Shown here: piece by piece, positions 25,662-40,000 of the stretch
How the letters are laid out: the number at the start of each line of letters is the position of its first letter
How positions within the stretch are numbered: the stretch's first letter is position 1
Assembly (NCBI GenBank): GCA_030704615.1
Contig: CM060733.1
Span: 8,494,001 to 8,558,000 of the forward strand
Length of the DNA stretch: 64,000 nucleotides
Direction of reading: 5' to 3'
From: Takakia lepidozioides
Lineage: Eukaryota; Plantae; Bryophyta
The notes under the pieces: model-generated
Told to the model about the DNA's origin: nothing
Database searches by the model: none
The model's input: only the letters and a program-made list of their open reading frames with translations
Translations under genes and position numbers: made by a program

Positions 25662-26903
25662 TAGCGTAGAAGTAAGAGGGGGTTAGAAGTAGGAGGGGGC
25701 GATGGGACATAGACACTTGGACGTTTTTATTTTTATTTTTAATAGGGCTTGGGATGGGCGGTGGGCCCCACCCTTCTAGATCTTTCTGGACGCAGCTGAT
25801 GAGGCGGTGGGCCCCCTTCTACAACCGCCTCCAAAAACAATATAAGGAGGGTAAGGGGGGTTTATTAGGATTCTCCCAAGTCCCTTTGGTGGGCTCTGCA
25901 AGCAGGCCCCCTTAGAAAATAAGAAGTTGGAACCTCCCATCATTTAATTAAAAGATCTCTTAATATGTAGAGCAGTTTCATTTGGGCCTGTTCATTCTAG
26001 AGTGGCCCAGGAATTATTGTGTCCCAGGAATTAGAGTGGGGCGCTTATTGTAGTAAGGCCACGGTATTAAGGAATGAGATCAAGGGGTCCAAAAAAAGAA
26101 GGGAGGAACGCGAGATGTATTAAATTGGTCAAATTTAGATATGGAGTCTTGTAGGGCTGACATGTGTCCAGGGCCTTCTAGAAAGGTCCCAGGGTCGGCA
26201 GGCTTCTAGCTTCTAGAAGGGTCTCACCGCTCTGAGAGGGTATATAAGGGAGGGCCCCCCTCTTACTAGGCTCAGAATTATGTGTGGCCTCGTCGTTATG
26301 AGGCTGGTCATACGACCGTCAGGCCGTCTCATTAATATAGCATTTCAAAGAATTTCTTCATATTCTCTGTAAAACACTTAAACATGTTCTACTAATTTAT
26401 TTTATCAGTATATGGATAAATAAAATAGTAATAGAGCAATATTAGAGAACATGCGTCAAGGACTTTGAATTTTTTTGGCATATGAATTTTGCAACTACCT
26501 CCATGCAGGTAATTTTACGATTTTCTACATTAAGGTAATTGCGAAACCAAGCTGAACTATCTACACGAGAGTAGTTGCATACCACCTCCATGGAGGTGGT
26601 TACATTAAGTGCCAACCACCGGAACTACCTCCATGGAGGTAGATACATTAAGTGCCAACCACCGGAACTACGTTCAAGGAGTGGAACCCATGACAAGTAT
26701 CGCCACATTGCCATCAACCTACCACCAGACCACAACCTCCGCCATGCCAACAATTTGACGTTTTTTTCAATATATAAGAGAAACAGGGGAATAGGGATCG
26801 TTTTAATGTAGCAGGGCCGCTGTCAGGTCCCTGTCCCCTCTGCACTGTGCGGCCTCATTAGGGTGAGGCCACACAAAATTCTGAGGCCTCTTACTACGTA
26901 CTA
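25662..26903. mobile_element. Non-autonomous repeat (second copy 53687-53975) carrying a nested MITE
   Basis: 25962-26268 closely matches 53687-53966; ends resemble inverted repeats (cgtagaagtaagagggg / cccctcttactacg). Confidence 0.7.
26269..26887. mobile_element. Mutator-like MITE with 9-bp TSD
   Basis: TIRs GGCTCAGAATTATGTGTGGCCTC / GAGGCCACACAAAATTCTGAGGC; TSD CTCTTACTA 26260-26268 and 26888-26896; internal 44-bp tandem units 26580-26670. Confidence 0.85.
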
Positions 26904-28588
26904 ACTTCCTACTTACTGAATTAGTAAGCAGTGGGCTCTGCAGAGGCGGCAGGGCCCCCAAAAACAAATGACTTTATGAATTAATAGAAACCACAATACC
27001 CAGCAGAGCCAATTGCAGGGGCAGGGGACAGAAGAGGTCAGAAGTGACTGGGGGTTGTTATGTTTCACATTAATTCATCGACAGTTTTGCCCAGATTCAT
27101 TAAGTTACCCTACATTCTTTTGTCCAATTGCTAGTCCCTTAAAGAATCAAGCAGCACTATGGACTACATCCACAACCTTCATTTTAGAACTCCATTACAA
27201 ATTTAGAAACTTCTCATGTTGATTCACACTTGTCATGCTTCCAGACTATCCCCCTCCTATTCATGTACAAGCTTGAAGTCCTCCAAGGATGCTGCTCCTC
27301 ACATGCCTACTTCTAGTGGGGCGTTCCATACCCAACCCAGCTCTTCCAACATTCAACACAATTGTACATTGGTCCCAAAAACCAAAAAACCAGAAAAGTC
27401 CTACGCCATGCCCAGCCCACCACCATTCATTGCCAATCCTATGGACATTTGGACCTTTGGAAGAAAAAAAAAACCTTTCAAGGATTTGCAGTACAAAACG
27501 ATCCAGATAAGCATCCCAGGGGTCTACTCAAGCTGGTAATGAAAAATTCCCTTTGGCTCAGAGGGTCTTTGTCTCTTCACTCCTCAGAACCTCCTATACT
27601 CTCTTCATGTGCTCCTGTGACAGAAGACAGGTGTAGAGTGTAGAGACTAGAGACAGGCTGCCAATGGGGCATATACCATTGTAGGAACGTTACTCCTATA
27701 TTCAGAAGTAACAGAATCCTCAGGGATCTGGTTTGCCAGTGAAGTGCTGCCACTGGATAAGTACTTATACAAGGGCTGTGTCAGGGGTATGCTGCATGCT
27801 ACACACAATGCATGGTGGATGCATGCATGAGTGTATTGATCAGTTGATGCTGGCTGTTGTCTGAAAGGTGAACCCCACCTCTTTCGAAGACATCTTTCAC
27901 TCGACTACACCCCCTCAGAAACAATCCCTAAGAGGGGAATATGGGTTGAGACATTGGCTCCACAGTGGGTGCAACTTGTCATAAAGCAAGTGTCCATCTC
28001 AGTGCAGTCACCCACTGGCTCTTTTGTGGCACCTGTCCTAGATCATTCTCCTCACTTTCGCAGTGCCCTCCCACCTGGCAGTAGCAGCTCAGTCATGAGA
28101 TATCCAAAGCCCATCATTGCCAATTAAAAACACTTCTATGCACCCAAGACCAGGATCTAAAATCATCCAAAATTCATGGCCATGAAAGACAACAATCCAT
28201 AATCAGAAGGAATACGACAGCACCAAAACTGGCATTGCAACCCTACCGTCCACGGTTTCTTGATTGTCTGATTAGCTATGGCCATTCCACTTAAAACTGG
28301 AAGGCGTCAGCAATCTATGTGTACACTAGCAAGGGATCACCACTCAAAACCAGTCGCAAGGCTTGAAAAGTTGGAACACCTTGGCAAGGTCCTTGATAAG
28401 TTGATTACGTAAGATAGCCGATTCTATTTCACATCTTTAGAACTTGAGGCCCTAACCTATCTTCATGTGGACTTGGGACAAGTTTGGGACTGAGGTGGGA
28501 TAACTTAGCCAATTCACTGGGCCTAATCAAGTTTGAAGATGTTTGGTCTCCCGCACTCAAATGGGGATTAGACGTTCATCTATCGGCC

Positions 28589-31500
28589 CTACCTAGCTGG
28601 TCTTACACCATTAGCATTTCTTAGATGCTCCTCATCCTCATCCTGTGCCTGCATTGACAAGACACCAATTGTAAGCACATGGCTCAAGATATACTAAACA
28701 ATTGAAGTCGTTTTCCATGGTCTCTTCTATATTCAAGCCGAAAAGTACAATCTCCTTCAGTGGCAGAAAGAGCATCGCTGTAGTAAGCGAAATAAGAAAG
28801 TCCTACCTCTATTCAACCTCTTTCTAGAAGCACTTTCCAACATTCCTTGCAGCATCAAATCAAATGAATGGATCAATAGGATAGTACCTTGGAAAGTGCT
28901 TCCCACTGATTGACTTGTTGCAGTTGGAGCTTACGCCAATCGCAACCCATTGGAAACTCAATGGTGTTTCCCTGTGCACAATGCGATGTTGCAATTGCAT
29001 CGACCTGTCAATCAAAAGCCGAGAAAGTGACTTTTCCCCACAGTTTATGCATTAGGCAGAAAATGACTCAATTTATTGAAAACTTGAAGAAACCCCAAAA
29101 TAGTTCATTTCACGCCCTCGGTTTCACTGGATGCAGTTACAGCTACGAACATTTTCTTAGTGAGGTCTATGCCTAGCATTAAAATTCTTACCACATTTTT
29201 AGTGTCTCTGACTGAAATGTGGCCACAGAATTTGGAAATGCTTGTCATGCGTGACCGCTCAGCTAAGCTTGCAAAAACCGACCTGAGACATCCAAAACAA
29301 AGAAATGTTCAGGGAACTCCTATCTGGCTCTAGGCAAATGTTAACATTTGTGAGCAACCCACAAAATTTCTCGTTCCATCCATGATCTATGTCATCATAA
29401 CCACCACTTCATTTTATGTTCAATATTACAAATAGTATGCCAGACATATAGCCTTACCCTACTTTTGAAAACAAACCCCCTCTGTTTAAAGACTTCACGG
29501 CTCCTTTGAGGTTATTTTTTCCTCGTTCTTTCTCAATTCGATTTTGGGGTTTCAGTGCTTTTTTTCCCTTAAAAAAAAACAAAAAATCAAGGTATTTTGT
29601 TTACAGTCAGGCAGAAAACTTGTACAAGGAAGCAAATAACCATACCTTCCATCTAGGATCAAGCACTGCTCCTGCATCCTCCTCAGAGTTTCCTCTGCTA
29701 CCTTTGGACTAGGAAATTTCACCAAAGCCTCAGCTGGCCCCACCATCCAGAAGAATATCTGAGAGAATTTTACTTGCAAGTTTCGTGAATCATAGAAATA
29801 CATAGGATATGGCATGAGGTGGACTTTGTATTCAAATGATGCTTTTTAAAGGGTATATATCATCACATGGCAAATGGCGCGTTCTAATCTACCTCCTTCC
29901 CCAGCCATTGCACATATACACTTCTATAATGAACTAAAAATGAACCATGCAAATATGGTAACTTGCTATAGGGCATTCTGTTAGCCAAGATCCCAGTTTA
30001 CACTAGAGGGAGGAGTGAAGATATGGATTCACGAGTCCACAGTAGAAAGAAAGAGAAGCGAGCACAATTAAGGGTATTGGGGATATACCAGATCTGTAAC
30101 TCGTAAATGAAGGTGGTGGCAATATGCGTACTTCACACTTTATTCTCAAAAATGGCGTCAGTGCTTCCTGCCAAGCATCAAGATGAGATGTCTTGCATAC
30201 ACACAAAGAAAAGTCTCTAGTTTCCCTCCCCTTTGTCCACAAGGCTACGTTGCAAACACTGTCTTACATCTCTCTCTCTCTGCACACAATCCAGATGATG
30301 GGCATGTCATTTCTGTGGTAAATGCAGGGCTAAAAAACAAGAACAAAAAACCCTGCAACTAGGCTGTCAAGTTTTCATGCAGAGGATAAGCTAAACCCTG
30401 GTGGGTACAAACAATACAAAATGCTTTGGGAAGGTTACTTTCCTGCAGGATCAATGGCCGCAAGCCAATGTTCGCAGGGAACGTCAAGAGTACATTCTCT
30501 CTCTCTCTCTCTGGTCAGTGCAAAACCCATACCCATAAGTTTTGCAGGTGCATATGGTCACTAATGATTTCAATAATAGTACACCATGCCACTGTCCTCC
30601 ACAGCCTATAAGCAAATGAATCTTATTTCGTAAGAATCACTGTTGAATTTACATTGAATTAGCAAACCCATTTGCAATCAGACCAACCTGGATATCCCAA
30701 GAATTGAGTGATGGGTCCAAGTTCTTGAAATGGAGGACTTTCCGTAACTCTAGAGCCCTATCGATAGTGTCCTCCCATACCTGTTAGCAGTGCAATTACA
30801 TGCCAAAAATTAATATAGAGGCTAAATGAAATGAGACATCTCCAACAGAACATTTCACATATTTTTAGGTGATGTATTGAGTGATGTATTGAGTGATGGA
30901 TCCAAGTTCTTCAAATGGAGCACGTTAACTATAGAGTGCTCTCTACAGTGTCCTCCCATGTCTGTAAGCTGTCCAATCCAATGCCAAAAATCAATATAGA
31001 TGCTAAAGGAACATCTCCAACAAAAATATTCCCCCGATCTACAGACAAAGTCAATTGTGTCACTCAAACAAACACATAACAGGACTAAAGCTGCACCTGT
31101 GTAGGCCAGATATAGGTAGAGTTCAAAGCCCATGACATGGAGAGATCATAGGCTTACTTCGTCTTTATATTTGAAGATTCCACTCACTTGGGGCTGCAAC
31201 AAGGAGTAATACACAGCATCTTAGTACATTTCCAGATCCCCATTGCCTACACAATTCAAAAGGGTTTCACTCAAACTAAGATTATCGCAAAGATACATAT
31301 GAAACATATAAATACAAGTTATCTCCATATCCGTGTGGAGCCAACTCAAAACTTACATTTGCAAGATAACTGGTAACAGATAGTAGTCCGACATCATAAC
31401 CTTACAAGCATCACTCACTTAAGTACCAGACCATCAACATTATCATGGCTAGCTGTTACAACTCCCCACTGAAAAGGCACAAGCTTTTGCTAGTCAGTGT

Positions 31501-34321
31501 ACATCTAGCATACACATGGCATCCGATCACTGCAGATTGACAGTATGGGCAATTTGGTTCTGAAATTGAAGGACGGAGCAGACATACAGATTACCCGTAC
31601 AATTTCCTTCACTTCTAGTTGCTGAACTCCTGTTTGAAAATCATCATAGTCATCAACAGCTGGTGCCTTCCCCTTATCAGCAACTGTCACCCTGTTCACT
31701 GCAGTAGCCTGCTGCACACTTGAATCTATTCTCTGGTCATCTCCTGAAGTCCTTAACTGTGATACCATATCCACAGCTTGCGAATTTTCAGCTTGGGAGG
31801 GTATGACCAGAGGTGGAAGTCCTGGTTGAAGTCCATCAGCAATATTGGCAATCCCAACATCTAGACTATGACCCCTCTTAGAAGCTATCCCTGTGGTGAG
31901 TGGTTTTTTCCCCTTTTCAGGAGCTCCTGTCCTCTTCTCCAACAGAGAAGATACTTTTTCTTGGCCTGGTAACCTCAACTCTGTGGACACATCCTTCCTT
32001 GTCACTGACTTCTGGTCCACTTTCACCAAATTCTTTGGATACTTTGGAGCTTCCTGTGTATTTCTAAATCGCGAAGCATCATCTCTTAGTCCTTTTGATT
32101 CCAACTTCTTCCTGCCAGATTCCCCTGCATCAGTTTTCCGAGGTTTAGTGTGAAGGGGTCCACCCTTTGGAGAATCAGGCTTTGGAGGTTTTTTTATAGA
32201 AGGTTTATGAACCTTGGTCTCACATCCTGGCTTCTCTTTGCTTCTCGGAAAGTGCATCTCCCTCGTCTTTGATATTTGATTGGCAGCAATGCTACCGTCA
32301 TTGCTCCCTAACCTTCTACTCACATGGTTGTCAAAGCTCTGTGGGTTCTTGTGAAGCTTATCTTTTCTATTCTCATCTGCTGAAGGCCCCGCCAACTTGC
32401 TATGAACCTTAGGCATAGAAAGAGGAGGCCGGCTAGCCAGACCACCCACCGCCCGATGAGATACAGAAGCAACAATCTTAGAGTCTGAACTCTTTATAAC
32501 CTGCTGCCGTGGGTTCCCTGCCAGGCAGGGTTGGCAGGGTTCTGGGTGTTTTGTAGTTTTATTCGACGATGCCAACACAGAAACTTTTGGAATAACCTTG
32601 GGCTTCTTTGATGGTAGTGAAACAGGGTCCACTCGCTCTCTCTTTGGTCCTCTTATTGCTGGAGCCAGGAGGGGCCTTGAAGCTAGCATCCGAGCAGTCA
32701 CTTTGCCCGGAGCTATCTCCTTTGAATTGTTGGCTAGATCTCCTTCAGGTCTAATGTAGCAGACTGAGCCAGGGACTTGTATCCTAGGAGATACCTGTGG
32801 CAATACAGCGGAAACATGTCCAGGGATCTGACCCATCACCCAATCCTTCTTGTTGAACACTCTTTGAGCTGCAGATCACATATAAAGTAACTGTCAAAGC
32901 ATCCCCAAATACAAAAGCAAAAAGATCAGAAGTCTAACACAAATATTTTCCAGAGTAAAGTTTCCATGCAAGATCCACAGTGACAAATTCAAGACAAGCT
33001 CTAGTCCCAGTGCTTACCACCAAGAGAATCTGCCAGTCTGTCCAGGTTTAAAACTTGCTGTCTGTCGACGTCATAAGCCTTCCTAAAGAAATAGTCTGCC
33101 GCCCTCACTTCCACAGCAGAGGGCATAAGGTTCCAATCATTCTTGGCAGTGCACAACACTCTGCATTTGCTAAGAATCTCACTCTGCAGCACAGAAGAAC
33201 ACAACATCAGATGGACCGAGACCCTAAACCATATCAGTCTACTTCAGTTGGAAAACAGAAGATGAGGATGACCTGGGCATAGATATGTGAGATTTATAAA
33301 CCAAAACCTATAAACATGAATGCAGGGTGACAAAAAATCCATGCAATCTTCCATTACACATTTGCTTGACCATGATGTGAAGCTAAGCAGAGGAGGAAAG
33401 TCATATGTGGAGTGGAATAGCACCAGAGTTCGAATCAACTCTTGGATAACCGTAGGACTCTACAAACATGACGTTACACATCTTAGCAGTTATTCCCCTA
33501 ACGCTAAAGATGGAGGTAGCTACCAAGTCCCTAGTAACAGGAGTTGAAGCTTGCAGTAGATTCCCCTGGAGCACAACAACTACCATAGCAACATGTCTAT
33601 CCCCGGACATTTCTTCGAAGTTAGAGACAACATTTGCAAAGACCTTACACCACCGGTTATTATTGCAGTTCACTTGGTACAGACTACAGACCCTGGGTGA
33701 CCCTGGCGATATTGTGGTTGGGAAGAAGGAATTCCAATGAAAGCTGGTACAATTGCACTGGTTACAGTTACACAGGTGACCAACCGCTAATGTAGGAACT
33801 TTTTCACTGAAGGGCGGTATACCTTCCACCGTTTGATAGATAACTTGGTGAGATGACCGATAACTAGTCACCTCAGTTTGAGCGGAGGGTGAGCGCCAGC
33901 TTACCATGCGTAGTACACTGCTTACCAGTGCATTATCCTTCTCCACTCCAACCCTGCCACAAGCCAGAAAAAGCTCTTTGGACTTTGGAACGTAATCCGA
34001 GCCTGTTAGCTCTTCAGGACGTATAAACCACCTCAGTTGGCATCGTTTCGACCTTCTCTCTTCCCACATTTTCATAATTTTCCCAACGAATTCAATATCT
34101 CCTCCTGAGTGGCAATGGACACAGTCGTAAAGAAAATACTCTTCGCCTTTAATGTAGACAGATTCGTAATAGTCGCTTTCATCCTCCACTTTTAGGCCCC
34201 ATTCGAAGCCGTCATCTTCATGGACTTCCATAGGCCTCGAATGCTCACGATAACTATCATGCTCCTGTTTCAGAGGAGGCATCTTCCCTCTTCCAGCTAG
34301 TTCCAATTCGATCGGCGGCAT
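28589..34321 (-). CDS. ASI1: ANTI-SILENCING 1 / IBM2 (BAH + RRM protein)
   Basis: Exons approx. 34321-33926, 33183-33018, 32868-31595, 31193-31158, 30780-30688, 30167-30089, 29733-29646, 29282-29192, 29003-28888, 28648-28589. BAH (FEWG..YYES..LYDCV..VGKIMKMWE..WF..ELFLACG), RRM (WED..VLHFKNLDPS, ALVKF), C-terminal ATSHCAQGNTIEF.MG.DW. Confidence 0.88.
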
Positions 34322-35388
34322 CGTCTTGGGAGCTACTACAGCCGCAACAGCGGAGTGCCCTCCAGTTTTCCTAAATCATCCAGCCGTCCAGGAAATGCAC
34401 CGCTCCACACAGTTAAGACGCTCATAACGCGCACCACCACCAGATCATCCTCCAGACATGATATCAGACTTGCAAAATCCATGCACTGAAGAAGTAAAGC
34501 GATAATATATCAGAGAGGTCGATCGTAATTCCAAGTTACAGACCCGGCGTTATGTACGTATAAGAATAATGCTCGAGCTTTCCTTGGAAACTACAGCATT
34601 ATACGAATGCTCGTCCAAGGAAGAAGTACAAGCACACTCTTACTTGACGCCAGAAAGAAAAACCTCCTCAATAAATATTCACCGGCTGCTGGAGATCCAG
34701 ATCACTGACGTCGTTCCAATTGTCCAATACTGTACATAAGCACCAAATCTTGCTTTCTAACGAAACCAGAAAAACATAAAGAGCACGGTCGAGGGAGGAA
34801 CTGAGCGCTCACAGAGATACAAAAGAAGATACCGACTGTAAGATATCAGAAGAAGAGCCATCACAGTAGAACAACACATGCAGAAAGGGCAAGCACGAGA
34901 CTCAACGTCGCGAAGGCAAAAGAGAGAGAGAGAGAGAGAGAGCAAAAGCTTGCGACCGAGAAGCACAACAGCCAGGTTTACGGAACCGGAATATACAAAC
35001 ACGAGGCAGAACCGAACCACACCCCAAGGCTGCTCGGCACCCTCCCGAACTGACCCATCCTGCCGAACCTAAAGGGAGCGTCGACCCTAGAACCGGCATT
35101 AACCGCTCTTTCACCGAGACTTCCTGGCACGCGTCGCGATTAGTTACGCACATCATTATTAGTGGCTTCAGTGCCCGCATTAACTTAGTAACCTGATTAG
35201 TGAGAGCGGGGCGTTAGGGTCATCATCATCATCATTTCCTACACAGTTAAAGATTATTTATTTGGAAAGCTTTAAAATAGAAATAAAACATGCTCGCTAT
35301 CCACAGCCTAAACCCACTTTGTTCCACCGGTTTGAGCCTGACACCTATCGGTACGGAGTGAACATTCCATGTCTGTCACGCCGATTCA

Positions 35389-35638
35389 ATTTGAAAAATA
35401 GCACAATTGGCTACAGGAAATAGCTATATATTCTGTTCATCCATTGAAAATTTGGATAGAGTCATCCTTCTATGTACTTTCATCCATTTTATATCATCCA
35501 TATTTGGCGAATTCATCCTCTTTTTTTTTTTCCTTGTAGAAGTTTGGCGGTTTCATCCATAAAAAAATTGGGAATTTACGACAGAATATTCCATTTTAAT
35601 GTTTTGAGGTCGCCATTTGGCCAAAACAGAAAACACTG
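35389..35638 (+). mobile_element. Partial hAT-like MITE copy
   Basis: Direct repeat of 35931-36226; ends AAACACTG. Confidence 0.8.
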
Positions 35639-35913
35639 GGACTCTCGTGGGGTTAAGAATTTCAGATGTGAACTGTTGAGGGCGTGGGGCTGCCCAAATC
35701 TGCATACGTGGCCCTCGAGGGCAGCACCGAACTGGACGCCGGGCAGGGGGTGCACGCATGTTTTGGCAGAACAGGTGACCTCCACTTAGGGCAGGACCAA
35801 TCTGATCTGGAAACGGCCTCGAGTTACAGAGTAGATGGATGTGGTTGAAAGAGGGATTTTCCATCCAAGAGATCATTCCCCCTCTAGCGAAATGCACGCA
35901 GCGTACATCGATG

Positions 35914-36226
35914 CAGTGATTTTTTCCTTAAATTTGAAAAATAGCACGAGTGGCTACAGGAAATAGCTATATATTCTGTTCATCCATTAAAAATTTGGAT
36001 AGAATCATCCTCCTATGTACTTCATCCATTTATATCATCCACATTTGGCGAATTCATCCTTTGTTTTTTTTTCCTTGTGGGACGGCGTCGCCGCCAGCAG
36101 TGCGCCTTGAGGTGTAGAAGTTTGGCGATTTCATCCATGAAAAAATTGGGAATTTACGACAGAATATTCCATTTTAATGTTTTGAGGTCGCCATTTGGCG
36201 ATTTTTCGCCAAAAAGAAAAACACTG
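35914..36226 (+). mobile_element. hAT-like MITE, 8-bp TSD
   Basis: CAGTG...CACTG ends; flanks CATCGATG / AATCGATG (7/8). Confidence 0.85.
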
Positions 36227-37091
36227 AATCGATGATCGAAACCCTAGAAGAAGAAGAGAGAGAGACAGAGGGGTAAGCGGCTGCCTTTGCGGCTGCATTC
36301 ATGGCTTTTGCGCACAAGTACATATCTCTGCTTCTAATCTGGGCAAGTTGCATTCAAATTCCAGAGCCCGAGAGTAGAAACTGGAAACCTCCATTGATTT
36401 TCAGAAAGCAAGGCATCAAGTTTGTATCTGACTGCAGCCACCTATACATGTCACACTGACAGTGACAATTCCTGTGCCTCATGATCCGCAGAAAGTACCT
36501 ACAGGTGGAAGCCGTCCACTCGAGTTGCTTTGAACACTTGAGAATGAGGCCAGCCGCCAGAGGAGTCAGGGATTTGGTTCTAGTGGGTCGACTCTATGTG
36601 GACCCCGCAAATCTCAGTCAAGGAGGCCTGGACGGGGAGCAGAGTTCCAAATCTAGCCAGGGATGCACAAAACCCGAGATGGATTCAACGACGTACATCC
36701 TCAGATTGTTCCTTCCACTGTTCAGTATGTTTGATACCAAGAAACAAAAAACCTTATCCTGTTCTGATTTTCTCTGAGAATCTGCTACCATTGAATGACT
36801 CGCAATCACGTAAGAGAATTGAAAAGAAAATGGAAACTACCAAGTTTGAAGTAGATGAATGGTACTTTACACATTGAAAGGGTTTGATTCAAGACGCAGT
36901 TTCTTTCCTTTCATGGAACCTACATGATGGTTGGAAGTTGGGATCTTAAAATTCGTAACGCGCTGACCAGCTAACTACCTTCAGTTTCACATGCGACCTG
37001 ATCTGCCTCTTACCGTCCTCAAATCCACCCTATGAGAAAGTAATTCCTTTTCCTGAGAAAAGGAAATTGTCCGTCTGATGCAAGCAGATTT

Positions 37092-40000
37092 CTATTGCAA
37101 ATCCTTTGGTGCACATCCTAAATGGTATGCTAATGTTTCATTGTTACTGTTACTATCTTCCGGCTTCTCACTGTGCGCTGCAAGAGGGCGGTGTGAGGGC
37201 CGCACTAGAGGAGGAAGTAATAGATCGGAAGGGGCATCAAGGGCCATCATGAGTCGACATTCGCTGCACAACAAGATACACAGTCATGGTCCTGGCGTAG
37301 AGCAGAAAACAACCTTTCTGTTTGTCAAAGTGGATGTTGAGGGGACCCATGAGTATGTTTCTCTTGCCTTTGTCCCTGAAGCTTTTTTCACCAGCCACAC
37401 AACTAAGCCTCATGTCTGAGAGGGCTACAAAAGGAATTGGGGTGTCAACATGATTGCACATGTGATGCGAATACTCTGAGCGGTGAATCCCTTGGAACTG
37501 GATGGTAAAATCCCACTAGTATGTGTTGGCATGGACATCTAAAAGAATGAATTCATTACAAACTGAGACCGGTAACTGGAACCTAGACGTCACAAATGTT
37601 ACTGGCTGCACTGATAGTCACAGTGAAGACAAAAAAGGCAGATGAGAGCAAGGAAGAGAGAGGGGTGGTGGATGGTACAAAAAGTAACAATGTCTAGTAT
37701 TGGTGAGCCTCAGTAAATCACAATGATAAGTGCAAATGTCACATGAGAGAAACTTACGTGCAGGGTTTTGTGAAGAGCGATCGATATGAGTATAGCCATT
37801 GCTGCTCCACCTCCCACACAAATCCATCGTTAGAGTAAAATTAATGGCCAAAAAAACAGGCTAATTACATTTCCATGTTGCATGGAGCCAAATGCCGCTG
37901 TTTATTTTCACTTTAGCTGCACATCCACTCAAAGCTGAGTCCAACATGATACTTTTCATTAAAAATCCAAATTGGATTGACTGCTTTGTTTGCCTGAAAG
38001 TGACTCTCCTGGAGAGAGGGAGAGGAAAGACATCTATATACCAGAAGAAGGTCAAGAGCTGAAGTTCGATTTTGTTGTAGAAGATGGTGCAACACCATGA
38101 TCCCATACTCCTGGAACATCCAATAGAGTAAGTCACTATCTTTCACACACTTTTTTGGCATCCAGTCATATACTATCTCTGGCATCTCAATAATTTTGTA
38201 GTGTCAGCCAGATTCTTTTATCACCCTCCAAAAACAGGGAATCAAAGCATCAAAGGCCTGCAGTCCAAGAAAGACATGCAAAGCCTCCTAGATACTCAGA
38301 CATAAACTGAAAAAAATTCCAGTCCTTCATGATCGTTGACCACTAAAGCCAATCCCTGAAGAAGCATCTGTAAGGCATATACTGTGCACATACCGTGAGT
38401 TGTTCATGAAGTTTATGCTTCGATACACCCCATGCATGAACATGAGCTCCGGTCTGGGCACACAAATCATCCATAAGTTTAAGTCCAGTCTGTCTGCAAC
38501 TCTTGTCGAGGAGAAAGGGTTGGTTGTGATGAGAGAAAGAGAGATGCCCTTGGCTTACATAGGCATGGCCATCTAAGAGTAAAGACAACTAACTTGATGC
38601 CATTATATGACTATGCCGATCCTCTTACCACAGTCCCCCTCAGCATGATCATAAGGAAAACCATCCAATCTACAAGGGTGCTGAGACTGATTTGAGATGA
38701 CCAAGATAGACCTTATCAGTAGTCCAGTGAGATCCTGATGAACATCCTTACTGTCCGGTATCCCAAGAAAGTAGTGTCTGTGACAGCCCGTCAGTTACTT
38801 TGATGATACTGCAAAACCATTCCAAGCCTTATTCAACCATCTGTCTAACAATATTTAAGTTTTCGGTAAGTGTGAGCGGACACCTCATCTGGAGAAAAGA
38901 TTGCAATGGCATCTGGATACACCGAACCCACAGGAAGCAATGAGATGACAGCTTTGAGCACGCTAGCCAAAGTCACTTCCAACACCGCGACTTTTCCCAC
39001 AGGCCTGGTGATTGAAGGCGAGGCCTCCATCCCTCCCTGTTGGGATGCTGCACCCACAGTAGTCTTGAGAGGGAGTGAGCTGGCACCAGGCACTGAATCA
39101 AACCCAGTTTTAGATCGCATTTTGTGAGTGGCTTGTTGTTTGGCCCATCCTAATCGCAAGTAGGGGGTGACAACCATTCCAGGAGTTTCTGTCTGTATGC
39201 GCCGCAAAACCTCAGGTAGAGCAGGAGTCACAGCCTCTGAGAGGTCCGCAGCAACCTCTGGCTCCTGTGAAGATAGTCCTTGGCCAACACCAATGCATGC
39301 CCGTTTTGACGCAGGTTTTTCTCTATCTTCTAACATAGTATCTGGACTGAGGCCTGGGAAAAACCGTCTCTTCTGCTCAGCAAATGCCTTCAGTGCCACT
39401 CTGCGACACCAAGACAACTGCAACTTCAGGGATTTGCAAGTGATAGTCAGAAGCTGAAACTTCACCTCACTTATGGTACATCTCTTCCAGGTTAGTGTTG
39501 TGTATACCAGAAAGGTTCCATTCAGAGGGGGTTAATGAACCAGCAAAAGTCAACCCCACAGGCTACAATGACTTATGAGATGGAGCACATAGTCTGGAAG
39601 CTGTTGCAATCCGGACATTGGAGAGATATCAAATATGATTCCAGCAATCATAAAACGCAATGTGAACTAATCCAGAGACCTCCAGCTCCTTGTTTAGTTT
39701 GAAAATCCAGGGCTCTTCTCAGGACTGAGGCAGGCAGTGCCATGCACTCAAAAAATATACAACCAAAACTACAATATGGCACAAGGATATTTAGCAGTAC
39801 AAGTTGTTTTATGTCATTAACATTGAGGACGAATTTGGAGTTGAACTACTGTCATGGGACTTGTAACATCAGGCCCAGTTTAGCAAGACTTGGTTAGGTA
39901 CCTTGCAAGGCTGTAACAGAAGCTCAAGAGACAAATGACTAAACAAAGGAAGGCCAAACAGTCAGAATGGCAAAGGGCCCAAGGTTAAGCCTTTGGATGG

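Noticed and set aside
28589-34321. Functional cluster of ASI1 with neighbours having TE-filled introns
   Set aside because: ASI1 acts in trans; adjacency is likely coincidental.
36239-36877. Small + strand gene (telo-box-like AAACCCTAG, GTAAGC donor, 98-aa ORF)
   Set aside because: No recognisable protein motifs; cannot be supported without expression data.
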